From: a virus
Lineage: Duplodnaviria > Caudoviricetes
Virus record (IMG/VR): IMGVR_UViG_3300028833_000075
Coordinates: 1-64,000 of that record
Length of the DNA: 64,000 nt
Direction: 5' to 3' (one strand)
Positions within the stretch are counted from its first letter, which is position 1, and every line of letters begins with the position of its first letter. A program made the translations under genes and the position numbers. Below are positions 27,228 through 38,439 of this stretch, piece by piece. The notes under the pieces were generated by a model. It made no database searches. It saw only the letters and a program-made list of their open reading frames with translations, and was not told the DNA's origin.

Positions 27228-27959
27228 TTAATATTTTCCTTTTCCGTCACCAACGACATCCAAGAATTTTGCCATCATATACCAGCCTTTACGACTGAAA
27301 GCATTTATTTGCGCCCACTGTTCTCCGGGTGAAATAATTTCAACGCGTGTTCCTACGGGAAGTTTTACCCACGTTGCGCAAGATGTAGACGGATACTGCC
27401 GCATCTTTACAGGAAAACCGTTATCTGCAACAACAACCGCAATAGATCCTGTTGAAGGAACAGGAGTTGGTTCTGGTTCTGGAGCAACGTTGTTTAGAAT
27501 TTTAGATATTCCATAATAAGACCATTTACCTAAATTCGTATCAACCTTTACAGTTGGACTTGTCATGTGAGTAATACGTAAAGGATTAACCTGAGTAACA
27601 ACACCGACATGATAATAATCTTTTAAATCGCCGTTATAATATTGTCCGCCTTTTTTGTATCTTGCAGGTAATTTGTTTCTGGGATCTCCAGGTTCGTAAG
27701 CTTTAAAAACAATATCTCCAAGCTGGAGATCGTTAGCGTTTGAAATCTTTTTAAGTTCTACAATTTCTTTACGCGCAGCCCAGTTTGAACCATGAATACC
27801 GGTCCATTTGAGACCCATTCGACGAATGGCTCCAATAATTAATCCGATACAATCGCATGTACCGTCGCTTCCATCTCCAGGTTGCTTATAGGCAGGTTTA
27901 CTGTTGGCAATAGTTTTAATTTTTTTTAGGAAACTTTCTACTACTTCGTTGTATGTCAT
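27228..27959 (-). CDS. NlpC/P60-like endolysin with SH3 domain
   Basis: DCIGL...HVGV catalytic Cys/His; PEPEPTP linker; SH3-like C-terminus. Confidence 0.8.
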   Translation of the reverse strand: MTYNEVVESFLKKIKTIANSKPAYKQPGDGSDGTCDCIGLIIGAIRRMGLKWTGIHGSNWAARKEIVELKKISNANDLQLGDIVFKAYEPGDPRNKLPARYKKGGQYYNGDLKDYYHVGVVTQVNPLRITHMTSPTVKVDTNLGKWSYYGISKILNNVAPEPEPTPVPSTGSIAVVVADNGFPVKMRQYPSTSCATWVKLPVGTRVEIISPGEQWAQINAFSRKGWYMMAKFLDVVGDGKGKY

Positions 27960-28294
27960 CCGTTACTCTCTCCTTCCTCTTCTGTAGACTCGTCGTCTTC
28001 TGAAGATTCATCATTTGTATTGGTTCCGCTCTTCAATGAAATACTTAATTTAGATTTATCGAGAATTGTTAGCAGCATCTTTTCAGTAAGACTGTTTTTT
28101 GTATAAAATCCGGCATCAAATATCCGAATAACAGAAACGATAATAGCTAAATACACACAAGCAACTGCTGTATCAGGCCGCAAGTAAATTAAAACAAGCA
28201 GAGCAATAAGATAAAAGATAAGAAACCATGCACTACTTCTGGCAAGCCATTTGCTGAATTGGCGTCGTGGATCCATTTTGTTTTTTGCGCCCAT
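27956..28294 (-). CDS. two-TM membrane protein in the lysis cassette
   Basis: QFSK-TM-TM-YTKNS pattern. Confidence 0.6.
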   Translation of the reverse strand: MGAKNKMDPRRQFSKWLARSSAWFLIFYLIALLVLIYLRPDTAVACVYLAIIVSVIRIFDAGFYTKNSLTEKMLLTILDKSKLSISLKSGTNTNDESSEDDESTEEEGESNG

Positions 28295-28304
28295 GATAAA
28301 CACC

Positions 28305-28907
28305 TCATTCCAAAAACCCGCCGTTGTCATTAGTCGCATCATATACTCGTTTTATATACTCGAAGTCGTGTTTGTAGACATCGTTCTCCCAGCCGTATTT
28401 TTCAACTAACCTTTCATATATTTTGTTTTCCTTAAAAAGGTTTGCAAAATCCTCATGTGAATGTGATTCATCTTTACGGCATTGACGGGCAAAATTAAGA
28501 ACGTGATTCTTGATTCTTGCCGCTGCAAGCTCGTCAAGACGTTCGTCTGTTTGATCCTGTCGGATATCTAAAGAATCAAATCTGCCGTCAAGTTCATTTA
28601 AACGACTTTCAAAAGAATCGAACCTGTCTTTTAGAAGTTCGTAGTTTTTATTTGTTTCTGATTGTATTTCTGTCAATTTATCATCAAGGTCAGATTTCAT
28701 ACTTGCAACAATACTTTTAAAAGAATGGGTTCGTTGTTCGTCTATTTTTCGAAACGGCCATGAAATACATTTCCATAGCCATCTCAAAGGATAGATTTTT
28801 ATTTTTGAAACCTCAAAAAATATCAGAAAAATAAATACACCAATAGCAATTGAAATAGGAACATTATTTTCTATCCAATCTGTTATTGGCTTCGTAAAAC
28901 TTTCCAT
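28305..28907 (-). CDS. membrane-anchored coiled-coil protein in the lysis cassette
   Basis: TM, KIKIYPLRWL, coiled coil, RIKNHVLNFA. Confidence 0.6.
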   Translation of the reverse strand: MESFTKPITDWIENNVPISIAIGVFIFLIFFEVSKIKIYPLRWLWKCISWPFRKIDEQRTHSFKSIVASMKSDLDDKLTEIQSETNKNYELLKDRFDSFESRLNELDGRFDSLDIRQDQTDERLDELAAARIKNHVLNFARQCRKDESHSHEDFANLFKENKIYERLVEKYGWENDVYKHDFEYIKRVYDATNDNGGFLE

Positions 28908-28989
28908 AAAAAACACCTCGCTCAAAAAGAAAAGAGCGAGACTGTAAAATCGAAACAATTATCTCTAATAGTTTCGCTCTTTTTATTAG

Positions 28990-30096
28990 TTATTCAAATA
29001 AAGAATCGATTTGCGCGTTTGTAATTGCGCTGTAAGTGGTATCCTGACCAGGAATACCGAGATCGGTAATATCTTCTTTTGTTGCTAATAACGCATTTGT
29101 GATATGCCCTTCGGCATTGGTTGTAATTTTGTATAAACCTTGGTTATAAGCCGTACCTTTTGCTAACGCATGAGAATATGCTATATCTCCGTAATCGCCG
29201 CGAAAAGCCGTATGCTCTGTTGTGCCGAGAGCTAAAGACTGACTTATTTCAACATAGATCGATCCGCTCCAACGGTATGTTTTATTGTCTGCCAAATTGA
29301 CATAGATTTTATCTGTTTCGCCCGTAAGCGGAAAGCCGTCTCTTGTAGAAAATTCAAGCACATCATCAACATAAGAAGGAAGCTGGGAAGAAGGAACTTT
29401 TCCGTTTTCGTCAAGCTCTGCAAGACCGTTATTAGCACCTTTTAAATTTGTATTAAGTTTCCCGCTGATATCCTGATGCTGAGTAATAACAGTACCAAGA
29501 TTAACAATACCGGAAGTTCCAACAGTTTGGTCATTCATAATAATGCCGGTTATTGTACCAGTATTGTTAGTGGCTCCTTCAGCAATTCCATCGAGTTTTA
29601 TTTTATCTGCTGCGCTCATCAACCCTGTTGCAGACTCCGTTGCTTCTAAAGGAAAATCAGATACTTGAGATTTGGTAATGCGAATGTCATTAAAAACCGC
29701 AGTAACATTTGCCCCGGACTGGGAAAAGGATGTTAATGTTTTTCCAACGCCTGGGGTTCCTGTAATATCTCCGTTCTTTGACGAAAATGCATTAGCAATG
29801 GATTGCATCGTAGCAATTTTATTTGTTGGTGGATTATAATTACTATCAAACTCGTAAGTTGTTTCTGGCGGAAGCTGTGAAGACGGCACTTTCCCGGTTG
29901 AATCAAGTGACGCAACTCCATTTGCCGTTCCAACAGAAGTGTTATCCACTTTTTCATCTAGAGCATCCTGAACGCCTTCGATAACAGCTTCTATAACATC
30001 GTTTGTAGGATAGTTATTCAGCTTTCTGGAGAAATAAGTCAGCCCTTCGGCATCCAGAAATTTCTTTTGATTCGTTGCCGCGTATGTATTCGGCAT
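28990..30096 (-). CDS. fibre/decoration protein
   Basis: FLDAEGLTYF N-motif; two GKVPSSQLP repeats; GLMSAADKIKLDGI; ITNAQID C-motif. Confidence 0.7.
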   Translation of the reverse strand: MPNTYAATNQKKFLDAEGLTYFSRKLNNYPTNDVIEAVIEGVQDALDEKVDNTSVGTANGVASLDSTGKVPSSQLPPETTYEFDSNYNPPTNKIATMQSIANAFSSKNGDITGTPGVGKTLTSFSQSGANVTAVFNDIRITKSQVSDFPLEATESATGLMSAADKIKLDGIAEGATNNTGTITGIIMNDQTVGTSGIVNLGTVITQHQDISGKLNTNLKGANNGLAELDENGKVPSSQLPSYVDDVLEFSTRDGFPLTGETDKIYVNLADNKTYRWSGSIYVEISQSLALGTTEHTAFRGDYGDIAYSHALAKGTAYNQGLYKITTNAEGHITNALLATKEDITDLGIPGQDTTYSAITNAQIDSLFE

Positions 30097-30157
30097 TCTA
30101 CATTTCTCCTTTCTTTAAGGATGCGCGAGCTGTTAACTCGCTACCTATTGTAGTGCT

Positions 30158-31090
30158 TTATACGTTTGCGGCTGCAATAGCAGCGTCAATTTCACTGTTT
30201 GTCAGACCGATGATTGCGGCGTATGCGTCAGAAGCATATTGTTTCACTCCGTGAACAGTTACCATAGACGCAGTATCTGTATTTGTACCGAGAACAGCAT
30301 CTGCAGATCCGGCAGCATCAAATGCAGTTGAAGCTAAATAAGCAGCAGATCCAAGTCCGTGAACAGATACTTCTGTTCCATCTACGTCGATAGTCCCGTT
30401 GGTTGCGCCTTCAGAAATGGATTGAACAGCAGTTGAACCAGCGGCAAGCTGAGCGCGAATAGCCGGAGCAAGCTTAGCGGCCGTGATTGTATCGTCCGTA
30501 ATAGTTGCAGTTACACGATGCTGGCCGTCGATATTGATAACCACCATATCTCCAGATTCTGATCCGGAGGTTACGTATTCAATCAAACCGGCGACATCAA
30601 TATAGAGCTTGTCTTCTGAGTCGTTTGCCAGTGTGAGTTCAATGAAAGTTCCAGCATAAGGCCATGGATCATCAGGACCAGGAGCTTGTTTTGTTACAAC
30701 AGCACCGGATTCAACTACCATATCCTTTGGGATATTAATAGCCGCTCCAACGTTTTGCGGGGTTCCGGAGCCGTTTGGAGTAACCTGGAGATGATAGACA
30801 GCAGCATAATCTCCAGATGCTGCATCTTTTACAATACTGTATGTATCTTGATTTGCAACTGGAGATACATACAAACCTTTGTTAGATCCGGTTGTAATCA
30901 ACTGAAGTCTGTTGTCAGCTTCTGCGCTGATGTTAACACTGATTTCACGATTATTACTTACAGAAATAGAATCGTTTGCGTTGGTTACACTGTCAAGCTT
31001 GGAGTCATAGCGTTCAATGATTTTTTCCCATAAGTGTCCAACGCCCGTGGAATTAAGAAATTTTTTAGTTGCAATGGGTTCGTATGCCAC
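30158..31090 (-). CDS. fibre/decoration protein
   Basis: FLNSTGVGHLW N-motif; INIPKDMVV; LTNSEID C-motif; GTG start after AGGAG. Confidence 0.7.
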   Translation of the reverse strand: MAYEPIATKKFLNSTGVGHLWEKIIERYDSKLDSVTNANDSISVSNNREISVNISAEADNRLQLITTGSNKGLYVSPVANQDTYSIVKDAASGDYAAVYHLQVTPNGSGTPQNVGAAINIPKDMVVESGAVVTKQAPGPDDPWPYAGTFIELTLANDSEDKLYIDVAGLIEYVTSGSESGDMVVINIDGQHRVTATITDDTITAAKLAPAIRAQLAAGSTAVQSISEGATNGTIDVDGTEVSVHGLGSAAYLASTAFDAAGSADAVLGTNTDTASMVTVHGVKQYASDAYAAIIGLTNSEIDAAIAAANV

Positions 31091-31151
31091 AATGAACACT
31101 CCTTTATACATTTATTTAAGGAGGCGGAGATGTTCTCCCCGCCTCCTTCTT

Positions 31152-31568
31152 TTACATATTGAGCCTTTGGTTAAGAAGTTCGATTTGCATTTGTTGTTCT
31201 GCGATAATTTTGCGCATATCCGCAATTGACATAGGTTTATCTTCGTGTTCTTCGGCTTCGTGAACTTCGAATATTTCGTTAGGAGCTTCCTCTATTGTGA
31301 TTTCTTCTCCTTCCGAAAGCAGTTCACGAAGATCGTCGAATTCGCTCTCTGTGATTGCTGATATGTCGGCAAAACTATATCCAGACGCCTCTTTAGGATA
31401 CGATTTCATCCATGTGTCACGATAAATATGTTGTTCATCAAGCGACTGTAAGAATTGTCCTTCGTCTACTGAACATACATTGTATTTATGTCTCTTTGTA
31501 TTCCATTTGAGAAATACGCAGCCAACATCAATTACCTTATCGTTTTTAATTACTTTAAAATAAGTCAT
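31152..31568 (-). CDS. hypothetical protein downstream of the large fibre gene
   Basis: 138 aa with RBS. Confidence 0.6.
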   Translation of the reverse strand: MTYFKVIKNDKVIDVGCVFLKWNTKRHKYNVCSVDEGQFLQSLDEQHIYRDTWMKSYPKEASGYSFADISAITESEFDDLRELLSEGEEITIEEAPNEIFEVHEAEEHEDKPMSIADMRKIIAEQQMQIELLNQRLNM

Positions 31569-31583
31569 GTTGTTTCACGCTCC

Positions 31584-34500
31584 TTAAAGTGAGAACATAA
31601 GCACAATGCCGCGTCTCTGGAATTCTTGGTAATAGATATAAGTAGACCTTGGTTCGCCTGTCGGCCAAACAGAATACTGGTAAGAAACAGAACTCTGCGT
31701 AGCGTTGTTTGATCTGGTCCAATATGTAACAGACCTAATCCAAACACCACCTTGAGATCCTGCTGCAGCAATATTGTTTGCCGTATCTTCAATGTCGCGG
31801 CCGCCAATATATCCATGTTTTGAAGCAGTGTCTGCGCTGATGTAGACATATGACTTACCGCCGCCATTAAGCGGAATCCATACGTCACCTTCTTTGATTG
31901 TGTATGTTTCAGTATACAGCGTTGGATCATGTTCAACATCCGTAATGACTTGTGCATTTTCAGGAATTGTAATACCCATAAATTTAACACGATCTTTGTT
32001 GCTGACAAACCAACTTATCTGAGAGCTTTCTGAACTGATAAGACTTTGTGTTGATGCAGTCATATCGGCATAAGAAGGAACATAAATTTTATCCGTAGTA
32101 TATTCAAGGTTGTTATAATTTCCTGCACCGCCTTTTGTGACAATGCTTACAGGTTTAATAATAGATTGCCAGCTGTAGGGGAGAGCGTTAAAGCATCGAG
32201 TGGAAACAAATGAACGCAGCACCGAATTGCGCCATCCGCCGGTTGTATCGTTCTGGGAGCTCGGATACATCTCGTAGAATTGAGAAAGCGGAGCGTTCGC
32301 AATAAAGGAAGCGCTGTCCATTAAGCCCGTTCCATCGTCTTTGTTATAAAGATGGTTTCCGCGATAGTGCATTCTCCATACCTCATGCGGCCAACTCGCA
32401 AGCTCATTTGCGGCTTTAGGGCCAAGATCGTCATACCAAATCTTACACCAATGAATCCATCCTTTTGCAGGGAACCGATATCCTTGAGTGCCATAAGCCA
32501 TAGCACCAAACGAAAGAACGGAATCTGTAGTTGTCTCTTGAGCTCTGACCATTTCAACTGTAAGCCCTGAAGCGTTATATCCATCGTATTTATTAAGAGA
32601 ATACGTTTGGTCAGGGAAATCATCTCCGCCGTAAGAATTAGAGTGACTGATATACCGTCCACCGTTATCGGAGGCTACAAGCAGGTTTTTCGATCCTTTT
32701 CTGTGTCTTAACACAAGAATTCCCCTGTTTCTGCCATGTCCAACAATAGCTGTCCTGTCGCCCCATAACACCTGAATACTATGGTTTTCTGTTGTGTTAT
32801 TAGACTGATAGAAGTAAACTCTGAATCCTTCGGCGCTTCCTGTTGCATCGCAGCAGCTGATCATAGTTGCGTTTGAAGTTACATCTGTGTATTCATAATC
32901 TACAGCAAGAGTAAAGCTTGGAGCATCAGCATCAAACAGTTTTACGTTTTCCATTCGAAGTATCTCGTTACCGTTAAAATACCGATTTTCAACAAGTGTT
33001 TCTGAAACCACGTTATTGAAATTGAAATCTCTGCCGACTGTGATATCTATATAGTCTTCATCTTCAAAGAATTCAGATGCTCGGTTGGTTTTTGTAATAC
33101 CATGAATCTGTGCAACATTCATATCTTTTAGCTCAACTAAGCCAGGTGTAGGAAGACTTCCTTCTTCCCAAAGGGCATATACGTCAATGTTACCGCGTAC
33201 ATATCCGGTGGATTTATCCCAACCTTTGAATACGTTATACACGCCTGCAATTTCTTTGTCTTCCATGACAGGAAAACCAATTGTGCCATCTTGATCGTAA
33301 ACAGCTTCGCCGCCAAATGGAATTCCTTCACGAATATCGTAAAGATTGCCATTCGGTTTATCGTACCATTTGACAGTATATGTATTAATTGCTTGAGAAT
33401 ACATTGCCGTAACGTCTTTAGCAGCATTAACAGCGCCTTCAATATTCTGCCACCCTGTAAATGTATAAGAATATTGCCCTGTTGTATCGATGTATATCGG
33501 TGTATCCACTTCGCCAGCATCGATAGGATCGTATGCTGTGCCGCCAAGATCAATATATTGAATATAATCTCGTCCTTGGCGATCCTTAATCGCAGATCCG
33601 TCCATGTTTTTAAACGTAACGTTGAAGTAAGGAATCGAAGCATCGAAAGTGATGGTTAAATTTGGAGAAGTCCAGATGCGGTTTTCTTCATCAAGACTAT
33701 CTTCCATTGATCCGACGCCCCACATCGCATGAATGGTTTCAAGCTTCTTCTTAGACATCGAAGCTACATGAACAGTTCCCGTAACAACAGGAGCGTCTTG
33801 CTCTTCACCAAGTGCATTGTATCCTTTCCATGTTCCGGCAATCTTATATAACACGTCCAGATTGGCAAACTCCCAATTGACTCCGATGGCTCGGATTCTG
33901 CGGGTTTGAGATTGCTGAACATTCATAGCTTGTGTCATATATGTCGCAATCGCATTGTCAACAACACTATTGCAGTTTTCAATGCGCACAGAGATCAGAT
34001 TGTTTCCGCTTTCCATGGAGAGAGTCTGAACTTTATTAAGGTTGTAGGCCACAATTCCGGTAACGGAATTTAGTTGCACGGTTCTTAACGGAGCAAACGA
34101 AGGCAACGTAATCAAACCTGCCTTTGTTCCTCTTGTATCAAGAGTTTCCAACTCAACATTTGCGGCCATATTTAAAGCCCCTGTGAAGTTAGTCATATTT
34201 CGGATCGAAAGATCACGAAGCAAAACAGAAGGAATGCTAACACCTGTACCTGACGGCCAAGACGTATTAACAGTTTCTCCACCTAAGATTGCTTCTGTAA
34301 GCTTTGTTGCACCGGAAGCTGTAAATGTACTGTTTGCAGTTTCGTTTAACGGACGAATATATTGAACCAGTCTGTCGGGAGTAATATAAAGAGTTGTGTT
34401 GGAACCAACAGAAATATTGTTAAATACAGTTTCCTGCCCAGCGTCTACTTTCTGACTTCCAACACGGTTGTCATCAACGAGTAATGTAATATAGGTTTTC

Positions 34501-37500
34501 GCATAAGACTTAATTGCAAACGACCGTCGTCCGCTTTCACAGTTAGTCCGGAATTGAGTGGAGTTTGTCTTGGAGTAATAACCATACTTGCCATCCATAT
34601 AAGCAGTTTGGTAAGTTAAAAATTGTTTACGCCAATACGTTTTAGATCCCTGAAGTCTTGGAAGATAAGAATCGTCATATGACTTAACTTCGCCGTCGAT
34701 AATCATCCCGGAAGTTTTATAAGGAAGGATGTATTTATTGTAAGCGTCTACCATCATAGCTGCATGAGGTCTAATCGCTTGATAATTATCCCATTTTGCA
34801 AGGATGTCGTTCACATTCCATGCTCCTGCAGTACGAAGGGAGATGTACATATTAGATAGTTCAGTCTGGAACGCTTCTTTGATATTAACCCAAATCGGAT
34901 TATCTACGGCATTAAAGTAACTTCTGCCATTATCGGTATCTCCGTAGTCAAGACCGTAATCACCAAATGGTTTACCGTCATTGTCGGCAGCAAGAATTGT
35001 ATCCATGTCATATGCGGCTTTGATGTTCCACAGATATTTTCCTGCATCTTCATCCCAGTCATAAGAATAAAAGGTATTCTTACTAATGTTATCGTATGCG
35101 GAAAAATACTCAATGAACAGGAAATGATATAACATTGAAGGAATCGCAAAATAATTACCGACTTCACGTTTGAATTTCGCGCTGTCTCCAATCGTAGAAA
35201 CAACCCAGGCTACAGTATTATCCCATGAAGATACAACATCATTCAAGTCGCCATCGTCAGGATTCATTCGCCATTCAAAGTGTTTAATTTTTTTCGTCTG
35301 ACCTTCTTCAATTGTAGTAGTTTGCCATTCTTCATCTTCAGGGTTATAGACAGCAGCAGTACTGCGAAAGCGTTGCGGCTCGGTATCGTTTCCGGATACT
35401 TCAATACACGCTTTTGTTGGATGCTCGCCTTCGCCATCCTGACCAAAAACAGCTTTGTTCTTTTTGCTGTTACAAATATCTCCCATTGCATATAGAATAG
35501 TTTCTCCTGCTTTTACAAGTTGAGAACTGAACCATACGTCTGTTGAATTTGTGTTATGGATAAATACGGCACAAGGCTTACCTTCTACCGTATCACGTAC
35601 GCCGGGACGCTGTCTTGATTCTGTAAGATACGGCTGGAATGTATTATACCAGTCTACCGCGTTAATATTGTTTGCACTTTCAGAGGATGCAACATTTACT
35701 TTTATGTTTAGGTAATTTACGCCAATTGCGTTTTCAGAGATTTTGTATTTTTTACCGCTCCCTTTAAAATCGATATCGAGATTATAAGAAGACCGGCCGT
35801 ATGCAGCAGACGAAGTTCCCTGCACCTTAAATACAGTACCGGAGGATTCCGGAAGTTCCAAAACCGTAGCCCCATCCGTGATCGTGATTGTAGCAGGAAC
35901 GCTATCGCTTTTGCTGATTGTCATTCTCGGCGCATTGATCTGAACAATTGTTAGATTCGGTGCGGCTGTATGAAGAGCTGCAGGCGTAATACGATCTCTG
36001 TCGTCCAGAATTGTGTTAATCTGATATCTGGATACCTTATCTTCTGTTGTGCTTCCTGAAGATACATAATTCTGCATCATTTGTTTCTTGGATAAGTTTG
36101 CGTTATACACGCGAATGGCATAAACCCATACGTCGCAGTGATCCGATCCGATAACGAGCGGATTTTCATTATGAACAAGCATATTTGCATCATATGGATT
36201 TACCTTGGATGGAACACCGTCCAGCCACAATGTCATAATACGCTGTTCAACAATGTTTTCTACGAGAATAGAAAGGTCAATTCGACTTTCTTCGCTGTAT
36301 CTGAAGTCCTGTCCGGCAACATTATTAAGCATAATATCGCCGTTGTTAGCCCTCAGAACAATCCCTTTTGTAGCACCGTTGTTTGTATCTTGCATAGCAA
36401 CAGCTTGATACTCATCACTGTTTGTAACACGAAAAGAAATATCGATTGTTTTTCCGTTAATGTCGCTGTCGGCAAATAGCGACCTTGGGAGCGTTACATG
36501 ATTCCCTTTCTTAACAACAAATGCGGCAGCTCCAGATGGGTCTGTTTTAAACCCACCGTTTTCCCAATCGAATTCTTCGCTGAAGATAAGCTGTGCAAAC
36601 TGTTCACGATCTGCATCTGTATTACTGTGTCCAATCGGATCAAGAACGTACTGAAGACTGTCATCTGTATAATAATCCAACTTATAATCGCTGCGGTTTG
36701 CAACTAAAGTCATAGTTGCTTGAACATTTTTACATGAAAGCGTAACCGTTACTGTTTCTTCTTGCATTGGAGAATACTGGTAATATTGGATTCTGCGGCT
36801 TGCAGTTTGACTTCTGGCATCACCGGATCCAATTTGAATTGTACAGTTTACAACTTCATTATCCGGATCGAAAACGAAATAGGGAATATTAACGAGGTCG
36901 TATTGTGTGCATTCAATAGAAGAAGAGGGGAACGCAACGATTGGTGAGATTGCGCCATATCCCCATATTGCAACAAATTGGATAGTGTTGGCGACGTCTT
37001 CCGGATTGTCAGCAGAAACCATAGTGGCAGTAACGGTATTTAATCCGGTCTCAAAATATTCTTTATTTATTTCTACAGTAATTGTCAGGCTTCCAGTAAC
37101 TGTTCTTGTAATTACATGTTGGCCGATATTGACAGTTACTATATTGTTTGTATTGGCTTCCGCGGATACGTTAATAGGAACATAAATATTACTGTTCGTT
37201 GTATACAGCATAATAGGATTAATAGAAGATCCCCAGTTAATCGCAAAAGCAACGGAACGAACAGTCCAACGTCTTGTTAACGAACTTCCACCTGCAGATT
37301 CAATAGTAGCTTTAACAACACTGTCGTCGGATGGAACAAGACCAGCTTTCGCATTGAAAGAAAATCTTGCTCCGCTTTCTTTGTTTTCTGTGAGATATAA
37401 AGTGTCGTCAACATACCATTTTACAGTAACATCTGTATCGTCTGAGGTAGTTACCACAAAGCTGAATATAGCATCGGCACCATTTCTGACAGTGTTTACC

Positions 37501-38369
37501 TTTACAACCTCTGACAAAGAAATGGCTGATCCACCGCCGCCACCGCCGCCGGCAGGAAGCTGAAATGGAGTAAATACATCATTGGAAAGAGTTTCGTCGC
37601 CTTTCTTCAGATAAAGATAATTGTTTTCATCAACAAAACCGCCGTCAAATACAAGCCCGGTTTCAATTTCTTCAATTTGGTTGTTATCGTATCGGACTTC
37701 AATTCCGCCTTCAGAAGGAGTTACTTCTCTGACGAAGTTGCCGAAATTATTCAGACGATCACTTAAATCGTTTACAGTGTTTGAAATCCCGCTGACTTCC
37801 GTTGCTGAAGCGGCGTTAATATTGCTTCTCGCTTGAGCTTTTTGCTCGTTTGTCAATTCCTGTTGGGAATACGTTAAAACGTTTTCCGGGAGCTCATCAG
37901 CTGCAAGTGCGTTGATGTTCTGTCGAGCCTGTGCTTGCTGTTCTGGTGTAAGAACCTGTGGAACATAGCGTACATTGTTGCCTTCCGGCACGTCTTCCGC
38001 TGCGATAGCACCAATATTTGCGCGTGCCTGTTCTTTTTGTTGTTCGGTAAGTTGTTGTGGTGTATATTTAACACCATTTGGTGATGAAGCGTTAATATAA
38101 GAAGACGTATTAGAGTCCCATCGATAAAGATAGTCGGTAGATTTATCTACATACAGTTTTTCAATTTCTCCTTCAACAGGAAAACTGTCGAACGAATCAT
38201 ACTCCTTAATATTGAAAGCACTTGAATTTATTTGTGAAACAGGAATTTCACCGTCTTCGTTAAGTTGTGCGACGCCACCTGGCTTACCGTATGTGTTTTC
38301 AAGGTTTGATTTAAACCTTTCCAGATTTTCCAGTGTAATTAAAGGGTTATCCGGAGTAATAAACGGCAT
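31584..38369 (-). CDS. 2261-aa multidomain virion protein (LTxEQxxQARxNI repeats, CotH-kinase-like region, LRR-like and InlB-B-like repeats, C-terminal DUF6273-like lectin domain)
   Basis: QGTSS..Y, KVNVASSE.ANN and YDMDT...DNDG motifs; C-terminal GGWRNSVLR...DKIYVPS...YWTRS. Confidence 0.7.
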   Translation of the reverse strand: MPFITPDNPLITLENLERFKSNLENTYGKPGGVAQLNEDGEIPVSQINSSAFNIKEYDSFDSFPVEGEIEKLYVDKSTDYLYRWDSNTSSYINASSPNGVKYTPQQLTEQQKEQARANIGAIAAEDVPEGNNVRYVPQVLTPEQQAQARQNINALAADELPENVLTYSQQELTNEQKAQARSNINAASATEVSGISNTVNDLSDRLNNFGNFVREVTPSEGGIEVRYDNNQIEEIETGLVFDGGFVDENNYLYLKKGDETLSNDVFTPFQLPAGGGGGGGSAISLSEVVKVNTVRNGADAIFSFVVTTSDDTDVTVKWYVDDTLYLTENKESGARFSFNAKAGLVPSDDSVVKATIESAGGSSLTRRWTVRSVAFAINWGSSINPIMLYTTNSNIYVPINVSAEANTNNIVTVNIGQHVITRTVTGSLTITVEINKEYFETGLNTVTATMVSADNPEDVANTIQFVAIWGYGAISPIVAFPSSSIECTQYDLVNIPYFVFDPDNEVVNCTIQIGSGDARSQTASRRIQYYQYSPMQEETVTVTLSCKNVQATMTLVANRSDYKLDYYTDDSLQYVLDPIGHSNTDADREQFAQLIFSEEFDWENGGFKTDPSGAAAFVVKKGNHVTLPRSLFADSDINGKTIDISFRVTNSDEYQAVAMQDTNNGATKGIVLRANNGDIMLNNVAGQDFRYSEESRIDLSILVENIVEQRIMTLWLDGVPSKVNPYDANMLVHNENPLVIGSDHCDVWVYAIRVYNANLSKKQMMQNYVSSGSTTEDKVSRYQINTILDDRDRITPAALHTAAPNLTIVQINAPRMTISKSDSVPATITITDGATVLELPESSGTVFKVQGTSSAAYGRSSYNLDIDFKGSGKKYKISENAIGVNYLNIKVNVASSESANNINAVDWYNTFQPYLTESRQRPGVRDTVEGKPCAVFIHNTNSTDVWFSSQLVKAGETILYAMGDICNSKKNKAVFGQDGEGEHPTKACIEVSGNDTEPQRFRSTAAVYNPEDEEWQTTTIEEGQTKKIKHFEWRMNPDDGDLNDVVSSWDNTVAWVVSTIGDSAKFKREVGNYFAIPSMLYHFLFIEYFSAYDNISKNTFYSYDWDEDAGKYLWNIKAAYDMDTILAADNDGKPFGDYGLDYGDTDNGRSYFNAVDNPIWVNIKEAFQTELSNMYISLRTAGAWNVNDILAKWDNYQAIRPHAAMMVDAYNKYILPYKTSGMIIDGEVKSYDDSYLPRLQGSKTYWRKQFLTYQTAYMDGKYGYYSKTNSTQFRTNCESGRRSFAIKSYAKTYITLLVDDNRVGSQKVDAGQETVFNNISVGSNTTLYITPDRLVQYIRPLNETANSTFTASGATKLTEAILGGETVNTSWPSGTGVSIPSVLLRDLSIRNMTNFTGALNMAANVELETLDTRGTKAGLITLPSFAPLRTVQLNSVTGIVAYNLNKVQTLSMESGNNLISVRIENCNSVVDNAIATYMTQAMNVQQSQTRRIRAIGVNWEFANLDVLYKIAGTWKGYNALGEEQDAPVVTGTVHVASMSKKKLETIHAMWGVGSMEDSLDEENRIWTSPNLTITFDASIPYFNVTFKNMDGSAIKDRQGRDYIQYIDLGGTAYDPIDAGEVDTPIYIDTTGQYSYTFTGWQNIEGAVNAAKDVTAMYSQAINTYTVKWYDKPNGNLYDIREGIPFGGEAVYDQDGTIGFPVMEDKEIAGVYNVFKGWDKSTGYVRGNIDVYALWEEGSLPTPGLVELKDMNVAQIHGITKTNRASEFFEDEDYIDITVGRDFNFNNVVSETLVENRYFNGNEILRMENVKLFDADAPSFTLAVDYEYTDVTSNATMISCCDATGSAEGFRVYFYQSNNTTENHSIQVLWGDRTAIVGHGRNRGILVLRHRKGSKNLLVASDNGGRYISHSNSYGGDDFPDQTYSLNKYDGYNASGLTVEMVRAQETTTDSVLSFGAMAYGTQGYRFPAKGWIHWCKIWYDDLGPKAANELASWPHEVWRMHYRGNHLYNKDDGTGLMDSASFIANAPLSQFYEMYPSSQNDTTGGWRNSVLRSFVSTRCFNALPYSWQSIIKPVSIVTKGGAGNYNNLEYTTDKIYVPSYADMTASTQSLISSESSQISWFVSNKDRVKFMGITIPENAQVITDVEHDPTLYTETYTIKEGDVWIPLNGGGKSYVYISADTASKHGYIGGRDIEDTANNIAAAGSQGGVWIRSVTYWTRSNNATQSSVSYQYSVWPTGEPRSTYIYYQEFQRRGIVLMFSL

Positions 38370-38395
38370 CAGGTTTCATCTCCTTTCGTAGGATA

Positions 38396-38422
38396 AGAGG
38401 TGGGACACGAGGTCCCACCTCT
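38396..38422. terminator. intergenic hairpin
   Basis: AGAGGTGGGAC-ACGAG-GTCCCACCTCT. Confidence 0.55.
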
Positions 38423-38439
38423 GTAATAAACTTTTGTTA

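Noticed and set aside
31584-31760. DGR variable region at the lectin-like C-terminus of the 2261-aa protein
   Set aside because: No template repeat or reverse transcriptase found in the window, and the codons show no clear adenine-mutagenesis pattern. A DGR elsewhere in the genome cannot be excluded.
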